Shown here: positions 1-11,927 of the stretch, one piece after another
How positions within the stretch are numbered: position 1 is the stretch's first letter
Layout of the letters: each line of letters starts with the position of its first letter
Assembly: GCF_000737315.1 (NCBI RefSeq)
Contig: NZ_JMCB01000032.1
Location: 1 to 64,000, forward strand
From: Hyalangium minutum
Lineage (GTDB): Bacteria; Myxococcota; Myxococcia; Myxococcales; Myxococcaceae
Length of the DNA: 64,000 nucleotides
Direction: 5' to 3'
Made by a program: the position numbers and the translations under genes
Notes under the pieces: generated by a model
What the model was told of the DNA's origin: nothing
What the model saw: only the letters and a program-made list of their open reading frames with translations
Databases searched by the model: none

Positions 1-1467
1 TGAGGAGGCTCGGTTGGCAGAAGAGGCTCGTCTCGCTGAAGAGGAGCGTCGCCAGGCTGAGGAGGCTCGGCTGGCGGAAGAGGCCCGGCTGGCCGAAGAG
101 GCTCGGCTGGCGGAAGAGGCTCGGCTGGCGGAAGAGGCTCGGCTCGAAGAAGAGCGTCGCAAGGCCGAGGAGGCCCGGCTGGCAGAAGAGGCTCGCCTTG
201 CGGAAGAAGCTCAGCTCAAAGAGGAGCGTCGCAAGGCTGAGGAGGCTCGGCTCGCTGAAGAAGAGCGTCGCAAGGCTGAGGAAGCTCGGTTGGCGGAAGA
301 GGCCCGGCTCGCGGAAGAGGCTCGGCTCGCAGAGGAGGCTCGGCTCGCGGAAGAGGCTCGGTTGGCGGAGGAGGCTCGCCGCGCTGAAGAGGCCCGGCTG
401 GCGGAGGAGGCTCGGCTGGCTGAGGAAGCTCGGTTGGCCGAAGAGGCTCGGTTGGTAGAGGAAGCCCGCCGCGCCGAAGAGGCCCGACTGGCAGAAGAGG
501 CTCGGCGCGCCGAAGAGGCTCGGTTGGCTGAGGAGGCTCGTCTCGCAGAAGAGGCTCGTCTCGCCGAAGAACTGCGCAAGGCTGAGGAGGCGCGTCAGGC
601 CGAAGAGGCACGTCTGGCTGAGGCGGCGCGTCGGGCAGAAGAGGCCCGACTCGCAGAAGAGGCTCGGCTCGCAGAAGAGGCTCGGCTGGCGGAAGAGGCT
701 CGGCTGGCGGAAGAGGCTCGGCTGGCGGAAGAGGCTCGGCTGGCGGAAGAGGCTCGGCTGGCGGAAGAGGCCCGGCTGGCAGAGGAGGCTCGGCTGGCTG
801 AGGAGGCTCGGTTGGCAGAAGAGGCTCGTCTCGCTGAAGAGGAGCGTCGCCAGGCTGAGGAGGCTCGGCTGGCGGAAGAGGCCCGGCTGGCCGAAGAGGC
901 TCGGCTGGCGGGAGAGGCTCGGCTGGCGGAAGAGGCTCGGCTCGAAGAAGAGCGTCGCAAGGCCGAGGAGGCCCGGCTGGCAGAAGAGGCTCGCCTTGCG
1001 GAAGAAGCTCAGCTCAAAGAGGAGCGTCGCAAGGCTGAGGAGGCTCGGCTCGCTGAAGAAGAGCGTCGCAAGGCTGAGGAAGCTCGGTTGGCGGAAGAGG
1101 CCCGGCTCGCGGAAGAGGCTCGGCTCGCAGAGGAGGCTCGGCTCGCGGAAGAGGCTCGGTTGGCGGAGGAGGCTCGCCGCGCTGAAGAGGCCCGGCTGGC
1201 GGAGGAGGCTCGGCTGGCTGAGGAAGCTCGGTTGGCCGAAGAGGCTCGGTTGGTAGAGGAAGCCCGCCGCGCCGAAGAGGCCCGACTGGCAGAAGAGGCT
1301 CGGCGCGCCGAAGAGGCTCGGTTGGCTGAGGAGGCTCGTCTCGCAGAAGAGGCTCGTCTCGCCGAAGAACTGCGCAAGGCTGAGGAGGCGCGTCAGGCCG
1401 AAGAGGCACGTCTGGCTGAGGCGGCGCGTCGGGCAGAAGAGGCCCGACTCGCAGAAGAGGCTCGGCT
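1..1467 (+). repeat. Near-exact tandem duplication with 798-bp period (1-669 vs 799-1467) inside an 18-bp codon repeat array
   Basis: By-eye alignment shows one mismatch (A114 vs G912, Glu to Gly); copies diverge at 670/1468. Shadow ORFs 198-458 and 996-1256 are identical and 798 bp apart. Confidence 0.9.
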
Positions 1468-4177
1468 GGCAGAAGAGGCCCGGCTGGCAGAAGAGGCTCG
1501 GCTGGCGGAAGAGGCTCGGCTGGCGGAAGAGGCTCGGCTGGCGGAAGAGGCCCGGCAGGCGGAGGAGGCTCGGCTGGCGGAAGAGGCTCGGCTGGCGGAG
1601 GAAGCTCGGCTCGCCGAGGAGCACCGCAAGGCGGAAGCGGCTCGGTTGGCGAAGGATCTGCGCCAGGCCGCGGAGGCTGCCCGGCTCGAAGAGGAAGCCC
1701 GCATCGCCGAGGAGGCCCGCATCGCCGCCGAGGCCGCCCAGACCGAGGAAGCCCGTCTCCTCGAGGAGCAGCGTCAGGCCAAGCAGGCGCGGCTCTTCGA
1801 GAAGGCGCGCCGTGCCGCCGAGGCCGCCCGGATCGAGCAGGAGGCCCTCTCGGAAGAAGCCTCGCCCCCTGTCGACCCCTTCCAGGACGAAGAGTCCCGC
1901 CGAGAGGAAGAGCGCCGTCGCTCCAAGGAGGCCCGGCTGGCCGAAAAGGCACGCCGTGCCGCCGAAGAGGCCCGCCTCGCCCAGCAGGACTCCAGCCCTG
2001 CGGACACCTCGCTCTCCGAACAGGAGCGCCAAGTCGAAGAGGTCCATCTGGAGGACGCGGCCCTCTTGATGGAGGAGGCCCGCCGGAGCGAAGAGGCTCG
2101 GCTGGCCGAAGACGGCCAGCTCGTGGAGGAAGCCCGGCGCGCGGAGGAGGCCCGCCTGGCCGAAGAGCTTCGCCAAGCCGCCGAGGCCCGCCAAGCCGCC
2201 GAAGCCATCCGCTGGGAAGATGCCATCCCGCAGGAACTGCCCCAGCCGTCCACCGAGCCCTTCGAGGACGAAGAGGCCCGCCGCGAAGAGGAGCGCCGTC
2301 GCGCCAAGGAGGCCCGTCTGGCGGAGAGGGCCCGTCGGATCGCCGAGGCCGCACAACTCGAAGACGCAGCGCCGCCCGCGGACCCCACTCCCGTGGCGGA
2401 GTCCATGGCCGACTTCTCCTGGTCCGACGCCATCCCTCAGGCCGGGTCCGAGCCGCAGGATCTGGTGCTCTCGGACAATAAAGAGGCACTGCGTCAGGCA
2501 TGGCAGCAGGCGGATGCCGAACTCCTCCAAGAAGTGGAAGAGGCCCGGCGCCGCGCCATCACCGATCCGATCGATCCCTGGCTCGCCGAGGAGCGCATCC
2601 TGGCCCCCAAGGCCTCCACGGTCGCCACCTCCGCGCAGACCTCACCGGCCCCCACGCCCAGCCCGGCTGCCGGGGCGCTCGTGGATGCAGAGCCCGTGTC
2701 GGAGCTCGATCTGGTGCAGGACATGTGGAGCGACCTCGTCCCCGAGAACGAGTCCGCCGCCTCGGCCGTGCCTGCCCCGCCCTCCACTCCGGTGCCGCCC
2801 GCCACCGTGGCCGCACCGCCTCGGATGACAGCTCGGGCCCCTGCCGCGGCTCCCGCTCCGCGTCCCCCGGCCCCTGCGGAGGAGAACGATCTCTGGCGCA
2901 TCGTCACCTTCGACACCGCCGAGGACGCCACCCACTTCTCCGCCTCCTTCGAGGCCGCGCTGGACAAGGTGGATGCTCACCTCGAGTCGCTCATCCAGCC
3001 GGAGCCTCCCGCCAGTGGGGCCAATGTGGGAGAACCTCCTGCGGTGGCTGTTGCCCAGGCTCCGGCGCCTGCTCCGTTGTCCCCAAGCGGTTTCGTAACC
3101 CCTGCTGGTGACAAGGCCGCGGCAACTGGCCAGACTGCGCAGAACACCTCATCAGGTGGGGCCCTGGACGATGAACTCGAGGGGCTGGATGATTTCGGCG
3201 ATCTAGACGCGTGGGATTTCAACGAGGACGACGTGGCGGGAGATCCCAATTCTGAGGAAGCCAAGTTGCGGCGCCAGCGCCTGCTGCGTCGTGCCATGGA
3301 GAACATGGGAACGCTGGGCGCTCGGCCGGAGGCTCCGGTCGGCGCGGTAGCGGTCACTCCCGCCGCGGCCGAGTCTGCGCCTGCGTCGGCCCCAGCCGCG
3401 GCGGGAGCGGCTCCGCTCGGGGCCGAGGACTCGGGCTTGGCGCAGCACATCGAGCAGCGCTACGCGGAGATCCAGAACAAGCGGGACCACTTCGCCATCC
3501 TGGGCATCACGCCGGAGACCCCGCGGGATCAAGTGAAGGCGGCCTTCCTCAGCCTGGCCAAGGTGTTCCACCCGGATCGCTTGCCTGCCTCGCTGCCGCA
3601 CCTGGCGCCGAAGATCACCTCGGTCTTCGAGGCCATCCGCGAGGCCTACGAGATCCTCTACGACGAGACCAAGCGCGCCGCATACCTGGAGGGCCTCAAG
3701 AAGGCGGCGGCCCCCAAGGTCCCCGCGCACGCGTCGGCGTCCGGGATGAGCCCGACGGGCCGAGGCACCGCGGCCACCAACCCGGGGGACCTCTTCAAGA
3801 TGGGCGAGGTCTTCTTCCGCAAGCGGGACTTCGCCGCAGCCGCGGATCACTTCGAGCGCGCCTACGCGCTGGAGCCCAAGGCGCTCTACCAGGCGGCGCT
3901 GGCGTGGACCCTCTACATGGATCCGCAGCGCAAGGCGGAGGTCCTCAAGGCCAAGCAGATGATGGTGGACGCCATCAAGGCGGACGCCGCGTGCGACCGG
4001 GCGCATTACCAGCTCGGGGTGATCGCCCGCGTGGAAGGGGACATGGATCGGGCCGAGCGCCATTTCCGCGACGCCGTCAAGGCCAACCCCAAGCACCTGG
4101 AGGCCAATCAGGAACTGCGCCTCATCGAGATGCGGAAGAAGAACACCCCTCCTCCCAAGAAGGGTTTCTTCCGCTGA
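1..4177 (+). CDS. Giant EEARLA-repeat protein with C-terminal DnaJ domain and TPRs (5' end outside window)
   Basis: Frame is open from base 2. About 600 aa of EEARLA/EEERRK repeats, then an acidic/Pro linker, a J-domain (DHFAILGI...LAKVFHPDRLP, HPD motif) and a TPR-like C-terminus (AHYQLGVIARVEG...HFRDAVKANPKH). Confidence 0.85.
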   Translation, partial: EEARLAEEARLAEEERRQAEEARLAEEARLAEEARLAEEARLAEEARLEEERRKAEEARLAEEARLAEEAQLKEERRKAEEARLAEEERRKAEEARLAEEARLAEEARLAEEARLAEEARLAEEARRAEEARLAEEARLAEEARLAEEARLVEEARRAEEARLAEEARRAEEARLAEEARLAEEARLAEELRKAEEARQAEEARLAEAARRAEEARLAEEARLAEEARLAEEARLAEEARLAEEARLAEEARLAEEARLAEEARLAEEARLAEEARLAEEERRQAEEARLAEEARLAEEARLAGEARLAEEARLEEERRKAEEARLAEEARLAEEAQLKEERRKAEEARLAEEERRKAEEARLAEEARLAEEARLAEEARLAEEARLAEEARRAEEARLAEEARLAEEARLAEEARLVEEARRAEEARLAEEARRAEEARLAEEARLAEEARLAEELRKAEEARQAEEARLAEAARRAEEARLAEEARLAEEARLAEEARLAEEARLAEEARLAEEARQAEEARLAEEARLAEEARLAEEHRKAEAARLAKDLRQAAEAARLEEEARIAEEARIAAEAAQTEEARLLEEQRQAKQARLFEKARRAAEAARIEQEALSEEASPPVDPFQDEESRREEERRRSKEARLAEKARRAAEEARLAQQDSSPADTSLSEQERQVEEVHLEDAALLMEEARRSEEARLAEDGQLVEEARRAEEARLAEELRQAAEARQAAEAIRWEDAIPQELPQPSTEPFEDEEARREEERRRAKEARLAERARRIAEAAQLEDAAPPADPTPVAESMADFSWSDAIPQAGSEPQDLVLSDNKEALRQAWQQADAELLQEVEEARRRAITDPIDPWLAEERILAPKASTVATSAQTSPAPTPSPAAGALVDAEPVSELDLVQDMWSDLVPENESAASAVPAPPSTPVPPATVAAPPRMTARAPAAAPAPRPPAPAEENDLWRIVTFDTAEDATHFSASFEAALDKVDAHLESLIQPEPPASGANVGEPPAVAVAQAPAPAPLSPSGFVTPAGDKAAATGQTAQNTSSGGALDDELEGLDDFGDLDAWDFNEDDVAGDPNSEEAKLRRQRLLRRAMENMGTLGARPEAPVGAVAVTPAAAESAPASAPAAAGAAPLGAEDSGLAQHIEQRYAEIQNKRDHFAILGITPETPRDQVKAAFLSLAKVFHPDRLPASLPHLAPKITSVFEAIREAYEILYDETKRAAYLEGLKKAAAPKVPAHASASGMSPTGRGTAATNPGDLFKMGEVFFRKRDFAAAADHFERAYALEPKALYQAALAWTLYMDPQRKAEVLKAKQMMVDAIKADAACDRAHYQLGVIARVEGDMDRAERHFRDAVKANPKHLEANQELRLIEMRKKNTPPPKKGFFR

Positions 4178-4240
4178 ACACCCACCAGGCAGCCTGACAT
4201 CCGCTTGCTGAGCAGGCGGGGGAGGGGCCCAGCCAAACCA

Positions 4241-7167
<2,927 letters not shown>

Positions 7168-7209
7168 GGGCGGGGGGCTCGGGCCCTCGCTGGCCTGGAA
7201 GGTACTGCC

Positions 7210-8208
7210 TTGCTCGTCCTTGGATTGGAAACCAGCTGTGATGAGACCGCCGCCGCCCTCGTGGAAGACGGGCGGCGAGTGCTCTCGGATGTCGTCTCCA
7301 CCCAGGTGGATATCCACCGGCGCTGGGGCGGAGTGGTGCCGGAGCTCGCCAGCCGCAACCACATCGTCCAGGTGATGCCGGTGCTCCACGAGGCGCTGAC
7401 GCGCGCGGGCCGGACGCTGGACGACGTGGATCTGATTGCCGTCACCTCGGGGCCGGGGCTGATTGGTGCGCTGCTGGTGGGCGTGCAGGTGGCCAAGTCG
7501 CTGAGCCTGGCCACGGGCAAACCGTTCGTGGGAGCCAACCACCTGGAGGGCCACCTGCTGGCCATCCGGCTGCTGGAGGATGCGCCCGAGCCGCCGTTCC
7601 TCGGGCTGGTGGTCTCTGGCGGGCACACGAGCCTGTACGAGGTGCAGGACTACGGGCGCTACCGGCTGGTGGGCAGCACGCGCGACGACGCGGCGGGAGA
7701 GGCCTACGACAAGACGGCGCGCATCCTGGGGCTACCGTACCCGGGTGGACTGCCGATTGACCAACTGGCGCAGAAGGGAAACCCGGAGGCCATCCACTTC
7801 CCGCGAGCGTTGCCGCAGCCGGACACGTTTGACGTGTCGTTCTCGGGGCTGAAGACGGCGGTGCTGAACCACGTGCGCAAGCACGGTGTGCCAGAGGGGC
7901 AGGCGCTGGCGGATCTGTGCGCCTCGTTCCAGGAGGCGGTGGCGGACGCGCTGTCGAAGAAGTTCGTGGCAGCGGCGCGGCGGCTGGGGCTGAAGCGGCT
8001 GGTGGTGTGCGGCGGCGTGGCGGCGAACTCGCGGTTGCGCTCGTTGTGCCTGGAGCGGGCGGAGGATCGGGGATTGAAGCTCTACCTGCCACCGGTGAGG
8101 CTGTGCACGGACAACGGAGCGATGATCGCGGTGGCCGGGTACGAGGCCTGGCGCCGGGGTCTGCGTGGGGACTTCAAGCTCGCCGCGGATCCGGCGTGGC
8201 GGATGTAA
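7210..8208 (+). CDS. tsaD: tRNA N6-adenosine threonylcarbamoyltransferase subunit TsaD
   Basis: LGLETSCDETAAA, GVVPELASRNH, NHLEGH, LVVSGGHT, DDAAGEAYDK, CTDNGAMIA. Confidence 0.97.
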   Translation: MLVLGLETSCDETAAALVEDGRRVLSDVVSTQVDIHRRWGGVVPELASRNHIVQVMPVLHEALTRAGRTLDDVDLIAVTSGPGLIGALLVGVQVAKSLSLATGKPFVGANHLEGHLLAIRLLEDAPEPPFLGLVVSGGHTSLYEVQDYGRYRLVGSTRDDAAGEAYDKTARILGLPYPGGLPIDQLAQKGNPEAIHFPRALPQPDTFDVSFSGLKTAVLNHVRKHGVPEGQALADLCASFQEAVADALSKKFVAAARRLGLKRLVVCGGVAANSRLRSLCLERAEDRGLKLYLPPVRLCTDNGAMIAVAGYEAWRRGLRGDFKLAADPAWRM

Positions 8209-8218
8209 GGGAGGGACA

Positions 8219-9049
8219 GTGGAGACGCCGAGAGACATCCTCAAGCGCCATGGGCTGCACGCGAAGTACAGCTGGGGGCAGAACTTCCTGGGAGATGAGT
8301 CCTCGCTCCGAGACATTGCGGGCGCGCTGGAGCTGCGCGACGGCGAGCCCGTGGTGGAGCTGGGGCCGGGGCTGGGGCACCTGACGCGCTTCCTGGCGGC
8401 GACGGGGGCGAAGGTGACGGCGGTGGAGAAGGACCGGGACATGATCGCCGTGCTGGAGAAGGAGGCGATCCCGGGGGTGAAGGTGGTGTCGGGGAACGCG
8501 GCCACGGTGAACTTCGCGGAGGCTGCGGGGGTGCCCCAGGTGGCGGTGGTGGGCAACCTGCCGTACCACCTGACGAGCTCGATCCTCTTCCAGGTACTGG
8601 AGCAGCGCGCGCAGGTGTCGCGGGCGGTGTTCACGCTGCAGAAGGAAGTGGTGGAGCGGCTGGCGGCGGAGCCGGGGACGCGGGACTACGGGCTGCTGAC
8701 GGTGTTGCTGGGCTTGTACTTCGACATCGAGCACCTGTTCACGTTGGACGCGCACCTGTTCCACCCGCCGCCGAAGGTGGACTCGGCGGTGGTGCGGCTG
8801 ACGCGGCTGAAGGAGCCGCGCGCGTCGGTGGTGGACGGGGAGCGCTTCATCCGGCTGGTGAAGGCGGCGTTCGCGCAGCGGCGCAAGACGCTGCTGAACT
8901 CGCTCAAGTCGGACCGCTCGCTGGCCTCGCCCGAGCAGTACGCGAAGGCGCTGGAGACCGCTGGCATCGACCCCATGCGTCGCGCCGAGACACTCACGTC
9001 TCAGGAGTTCGCCGCACTGGAGCGCGCCCTGGGGCCTGTGAACGCGTAG
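8219..9049 (+). CDS. rsmA: 16S rRNA adenine dimethyltransferase RsmA/KsgA
   Basis: GQNFL, VELGPGLG, VEKD, GNLPYHLTS, FHPPPKVDSAVV, RRAETLT. GTG start at 8219 after GGGAGG. Confidence 0.96.
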   Translation: METPRDILKRHGLHAKYSWGQNFLGDESSLRDIAGALELRDGEPVVELGPGLGHLTRFLAATGAKVTAVEKDRDMIAVLEKEAIPGVKVVSGNAATVNFAEAAGVPQVAVVGNLPYHLTSSILFQVLEQRAQVSRAVFTLQKEVVERLAAEPGTRDYGLLTVLLGLYFDIEHLFTLDAHLFHPPPKVDSAVVRLTRLKEPRASVVDGERFIRLVKAAFAQRRKTLLNSLKSDRSLASPEQYAKALETAGIDPMRRAETLTSQEFAALERALGPVNA

Positions 9050-9826
9050 CCTGGGCTGAGTCGGATAGCCCGGTCCTTGCTGCGAGCAGACTCACCTCGT
9101 TGAGTCGAATGGGGCGGGCGATGAAAGCGGAGAGGCGCTGGTCCCCAGCATCGTTTCAGCGGGGGCTCCTTGCCCCAAGAGAGAGGCTCCATGAGAAACC
9201 TGCTCTTCGTGGCAACGATGGCCCTCGTGAGCTGCGCGCGGACCCCTGCAGCGCCATTGGCTCCGCTGGAGCAGGATGAGTCCATCGTCTTTCCGGAGAG
9301 CTTCGGGGCTGCTCCCGTGGTGGGCCGAGCCGGCAAGCCCTACTCATTGGAGGGAGTGACACTTCAGGCGCTCATGGTGGCGACCCAGGATTTCCTCGCT
9401 CCCGGTTCAAAAGAGGCTCCGTGCTGGAGCAGGCCCGATGCCTACGTCTACCAGGTGCTTCGCCAGGAGGACGTCATCTTCATTGAGATCCATGCGGACC
9501 CTGCGGCGTGTGAAGGACAGTTCCTCATGCTGGACTCGGGCATCCGCTACGCGGTCAGCGTGGATGGCCGGATTCTGCGGCGGCTCCGCACAGGAGAGCC
9601 TGGAGGGAGGAGTCCTGCCCCGACTGTCATAGATGCAGGGGTGAGCTCAGGGACGAGGGAACTGGACCTCTCCGGCGCCGTGGTGGCTCCGCCGGGCACC
9701 TCCGCGCAGGGGCTACCGTGGAGGCGACAGGACGGAGGCGTCGGAGATGGCGGAACACCTTCTCTCCCGAAGATGGACGGTGGCGTGACGGTGCCTCAGT
9801 AACCTGTGAACGCGCAGCCTGGGCTG
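9035..9826 (+). repeat. 24-bp direct repeat (23/24 identical) at 9035-9058 and 9803-9826 flanking one gene
   Basis: CCTGTGAACGCGTAGCCTGGGCTG versus CCTGTGAACGCGCAGCCTGGGCTG. Copy 1 contains the rsmA stop codon. Confidence 0.9.
9191..9802 (+). CDS. Putative lipoprotein, unknown function
   Basis: ATG at 9191 after GAGAGG. Signal peptide MRNLLFVATMALVSC with a lipobox; a Cys pair (PCW...ACEG); C-terminal DAG/DGG low-complexity tail typical of myxobacterial exported proteins. Confidence 0.75.
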   Translation: MRNLLFVATMALVSCARTPAAPLAPLEQDESIVFPESFGAAPVVGRAGKPYSLEGVTLQALMVATQDFLAPGSKEAPCWSRPDAYVYQVLRQEDVIFIEIHADPAACEGQFLMLDSGIRYAVSVDGRILRRLRTGEPGGRSPAPTVIDAGVSSGTRELDLSGAVVAPPGTSAQGLPWRRQDGGVGDGGTPSLPKMDGGVTVPQ

Positions 9827-9833
9827 CGAGCTC

Positions 9834-10430
9834 CTACCGCTCCAGTCCCTTCAGAAGCCGCTGGACCCAGGCGCGGCGATCCGCTTCCTGGGTGAAGTCG
9901 AGCGGCAGGAACGCGGAGAAGAGCCCCGGAAGCATCCCCAGCGTCAGGAGCGGTGCCCAGAGCTGCGCGAGGGTGATGCGCAGCTCCTCGGCGGACAGGT
10001 GAGGCGCGGCCGGTGCGACGCGCAGCGTGAGTTCCTCCAGGAACGCATTGAGCCGCTTCACCGCCGGGCCCTCGTAGGACTGCTTGACCAGCGCATCGTG
10101 AAGGTGCGCGTGCGCGATGCGAGGGTACCGGGTCGAGTGCACCAGGTAGTCCTCGAGGACCTTCGCGAGCGCAGGCAGGACCTCGAGCCCGCTCGCGCGC
10201 TGCGTGTCGAAGTCGGTGAGGACCTCACCGAAGGCCTGATCCAGCGTGCTCTCCAACGCCAGCGCGATCAGGCGCTCCTTGCTTCCGAAGTAGTAGTTGA
10301 TCGCGGCGCTGTTCACTCCGGCCTCGCGCGCGATCTCCCGGATCCCCGTGGCCTCCAGTCCGGCGCGTTCGATGCACGTCACCGCCGCCACCAGGATCCG
10401 GGCACGGACGGTCGGATTCTTTTCCGCCAT
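9834..10430 (-). CDS. TetR/AcrR family transcriptional regulator
   Basis: N-terminal HTH: RARILVAAVTCIERAGLEATGIREIAREAGVNSAAINYYFGSKERL. Confidence 0.92.
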   Translation of the reverse strand: MAEKNPTVRARILVAAVTCIERAGLEATGIREIAREAGVNSAAINYYFGSKERLIALALESTLDQAFGEVLTDFDTQRASGLEVLPALAKVLEDYLVHSTRYPRIAHAHLHDALVKQSYEGPAVKRLNAFLEELTLRVAPAAPHLSAEELRITLAQLWAPLLTLGMLPGLFSAFLPLDFTQEADRRAWVQRLLKGLER

Positions 10431-10486
10431 GAAGGCAAACCCCAGGAAGGACTCGGTCCAGGTGACACCTATCGCATGCCCCGGTG

Positions 10487-10517
10487 TTCAATCAGCCGAT
10501 TAAATCTGTTGATTTAA
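10487..10517. promoter_or_regulatory. Two overlapping inverted repeats, putative TetR operators
   Basis: TTAAATC-TGTT-GATTTAA (10500-10517, perfect arms) and TTCAATC-AGCC-GATTAAA (10487-10504, one mismatch) in the AT-rich divergent intergenic region. Confidence 0.6.
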
Positions 10518-10533
10518 ACCTGGGAGTGATGCG

Positions 10534-11910
10534 ATGAATTCGAGCAACAAAGAGACTGACTCGGACGGGAAGGCATCTGGACGACCCTCTCGGCGCCAGG
10601 CGCTCGGTGGGGCAGGGCTGTTCCTGGGGGGAGCGCTCGCTGCGCTAGGGATCCAGCGGGCCAGCAGTGCCGCACCGGAGGACGTTCCGGGGATCAAGCC
10701 TCGCAGCGACGCCTGGTACGACCTGCGCTTCACTGGCGACGGCCTGATGGACAACCAGCTGCTGTGGTTTCTCGGTCACGCCACCACCGGCATGAGCGAC
10801 ATCGGCGAGTGCCTCGAGACGGCGAAGCGCATCCGTCCTGGAGAGGAGGAGAGCTGGTTCGCCGCCTGGCTCCAGACGGCGGAGCGGGTTCACCGGTTCG
10901 CGGAGACCGCCGAAGGTCGAAGCCACGCTCTGAGCGCGGGAGAGACCTATAGGCGCGCCGCGAACTACTACCGCGCGGCGACGATGCACTACACCGGCCG
11001 CGGCGACCCACGGCTCCTCGAGGCAACGCGCCGGGCCGTGGCCACCTTTGAGAAGTCCAACGCCCTGCTGGGCTACCCGGCGGAGCCGCTCGAAATCCCG
11101 TACGAAGGGAGCTCGCTGCCCGGCTACTTCATCCGCTCGCCGCACGCGAAGCCCTCCGCGCCGATCCTCGTTTTGCATCAGGGGCTGCACGCCTGGCCCG
11201 AGGAGACGCGCTGGGTCTACGACGGGGCCATCAAGCGCGGCTATCACGCGCTCATCTTCCATGGGCCGGGGCAGGGCCGGGCGCTGCGCGAGAAGGGGCT
11301 GGCCTTCCGGCCTGACTGGGAGCGCGTGGTGAGCCCGGTGATCGATGTCGCGGAGCGGCTGGCGGGAGTGGATCCCCGGCGGATCCTCCTGATGGGGCTG
11401 TCCTTCGGGGGCGCCCTGGCCCCGCGTGCGGCGGCGTTCGACAAGCGCATCGCCCTGTGCATCGCGAACCCGGGCGTCCTGAGCTGGTGGGAAGCGATGA
11501 AGAGCCACTTCGAGCGCTTCATCCCGGGTGTCATCTCGTTGCTCCGCTCGCAGCCCGAGCTGTTCGACAAGGCGATCCACCGGCTCGCGAGCGGGTGGCC
11601 GACAGCGGCGTACTGGCTGCGCGATGTGCAGTGGAAGCATGGGGCCTCGTCTCCGGCGGAGGTCTTCCAGAAGCTCTCCGAGTTCGACAACGAGCCCGTC
11701 GTCCATCGGATCACCTGCCCCGTGCTGATCATGGAGGGCACGGCGGAGGATGCGAGCCCGGGGCAGTCGCGCAAGCTGTACGACGCGCTGAAGGGGCCGA
11801 AGCACCTCATGGAGTTCACGGAGGAGGACGCTGCGCCTCTGCACTGCCAGGCGGGGGCGGGCGCGCTCGCGGCGCAGCGGCTGTTCGACTGGCTCGACGA
11901 GAACGTCTGA
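10534..11910 (+). CDS. Tat-exported alpha/beta hydrolase (FrsA / 2,6-dihydropseudooxynicotine hydrolase-like)
   Basis: Twin-arginine signal SRRQALGGAGLFLGG; nucleophile elbow GLSFG; C-terminal HCQAG His; IPYEGSSLPGYF segment. Confidence 0.85.
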   Translation: MNSSNKETDSDGKASGRPSRRQALGGAGLFLGGALAALGIQRASSAAPEDVPGIKPRSDAWYDLRFTGDGLMDNQLLWFLGHATTGMSDIGECLETAKRIRPGEEESWFAAWLQTAERVHRFAETAEGRSHALSAGETYRRAANYYRAATMHYTGRGDPRLLEATRRAVATFEKSNALLGYPAEPLEIPYEGSSLPGYFIRSPHAKPSAPILVLHQGLHAWPEETRWVYDGAIKRGYHALIFHGPGQGRALREKGLAFRPDWERVVSPVIDVAERLAGVDPRRILLMGLSFGGALAPRAAAFDKRIALCIANPGVLSWWEAMKSHFERFIPGVISLLRSQPELFDKAIHRLASGWPTAAYWLRDVQWKHGASSPAEVFQKLSEFDNEPVVHRITCPVLIMEGTAEDASPGQSRKLYDALKGPKHLMEFTEEDAAPLHCQAGAGALAAQRLFDWLDENV

Positions 11911-11927
11911 GCGCCAGAGGGGCTGAG

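Noticed and set aside
198-1722. Small ORFs in alternative frames of the EEARLA repeat
   Set aside because: They are by-products of the 18-bp codon repeat.
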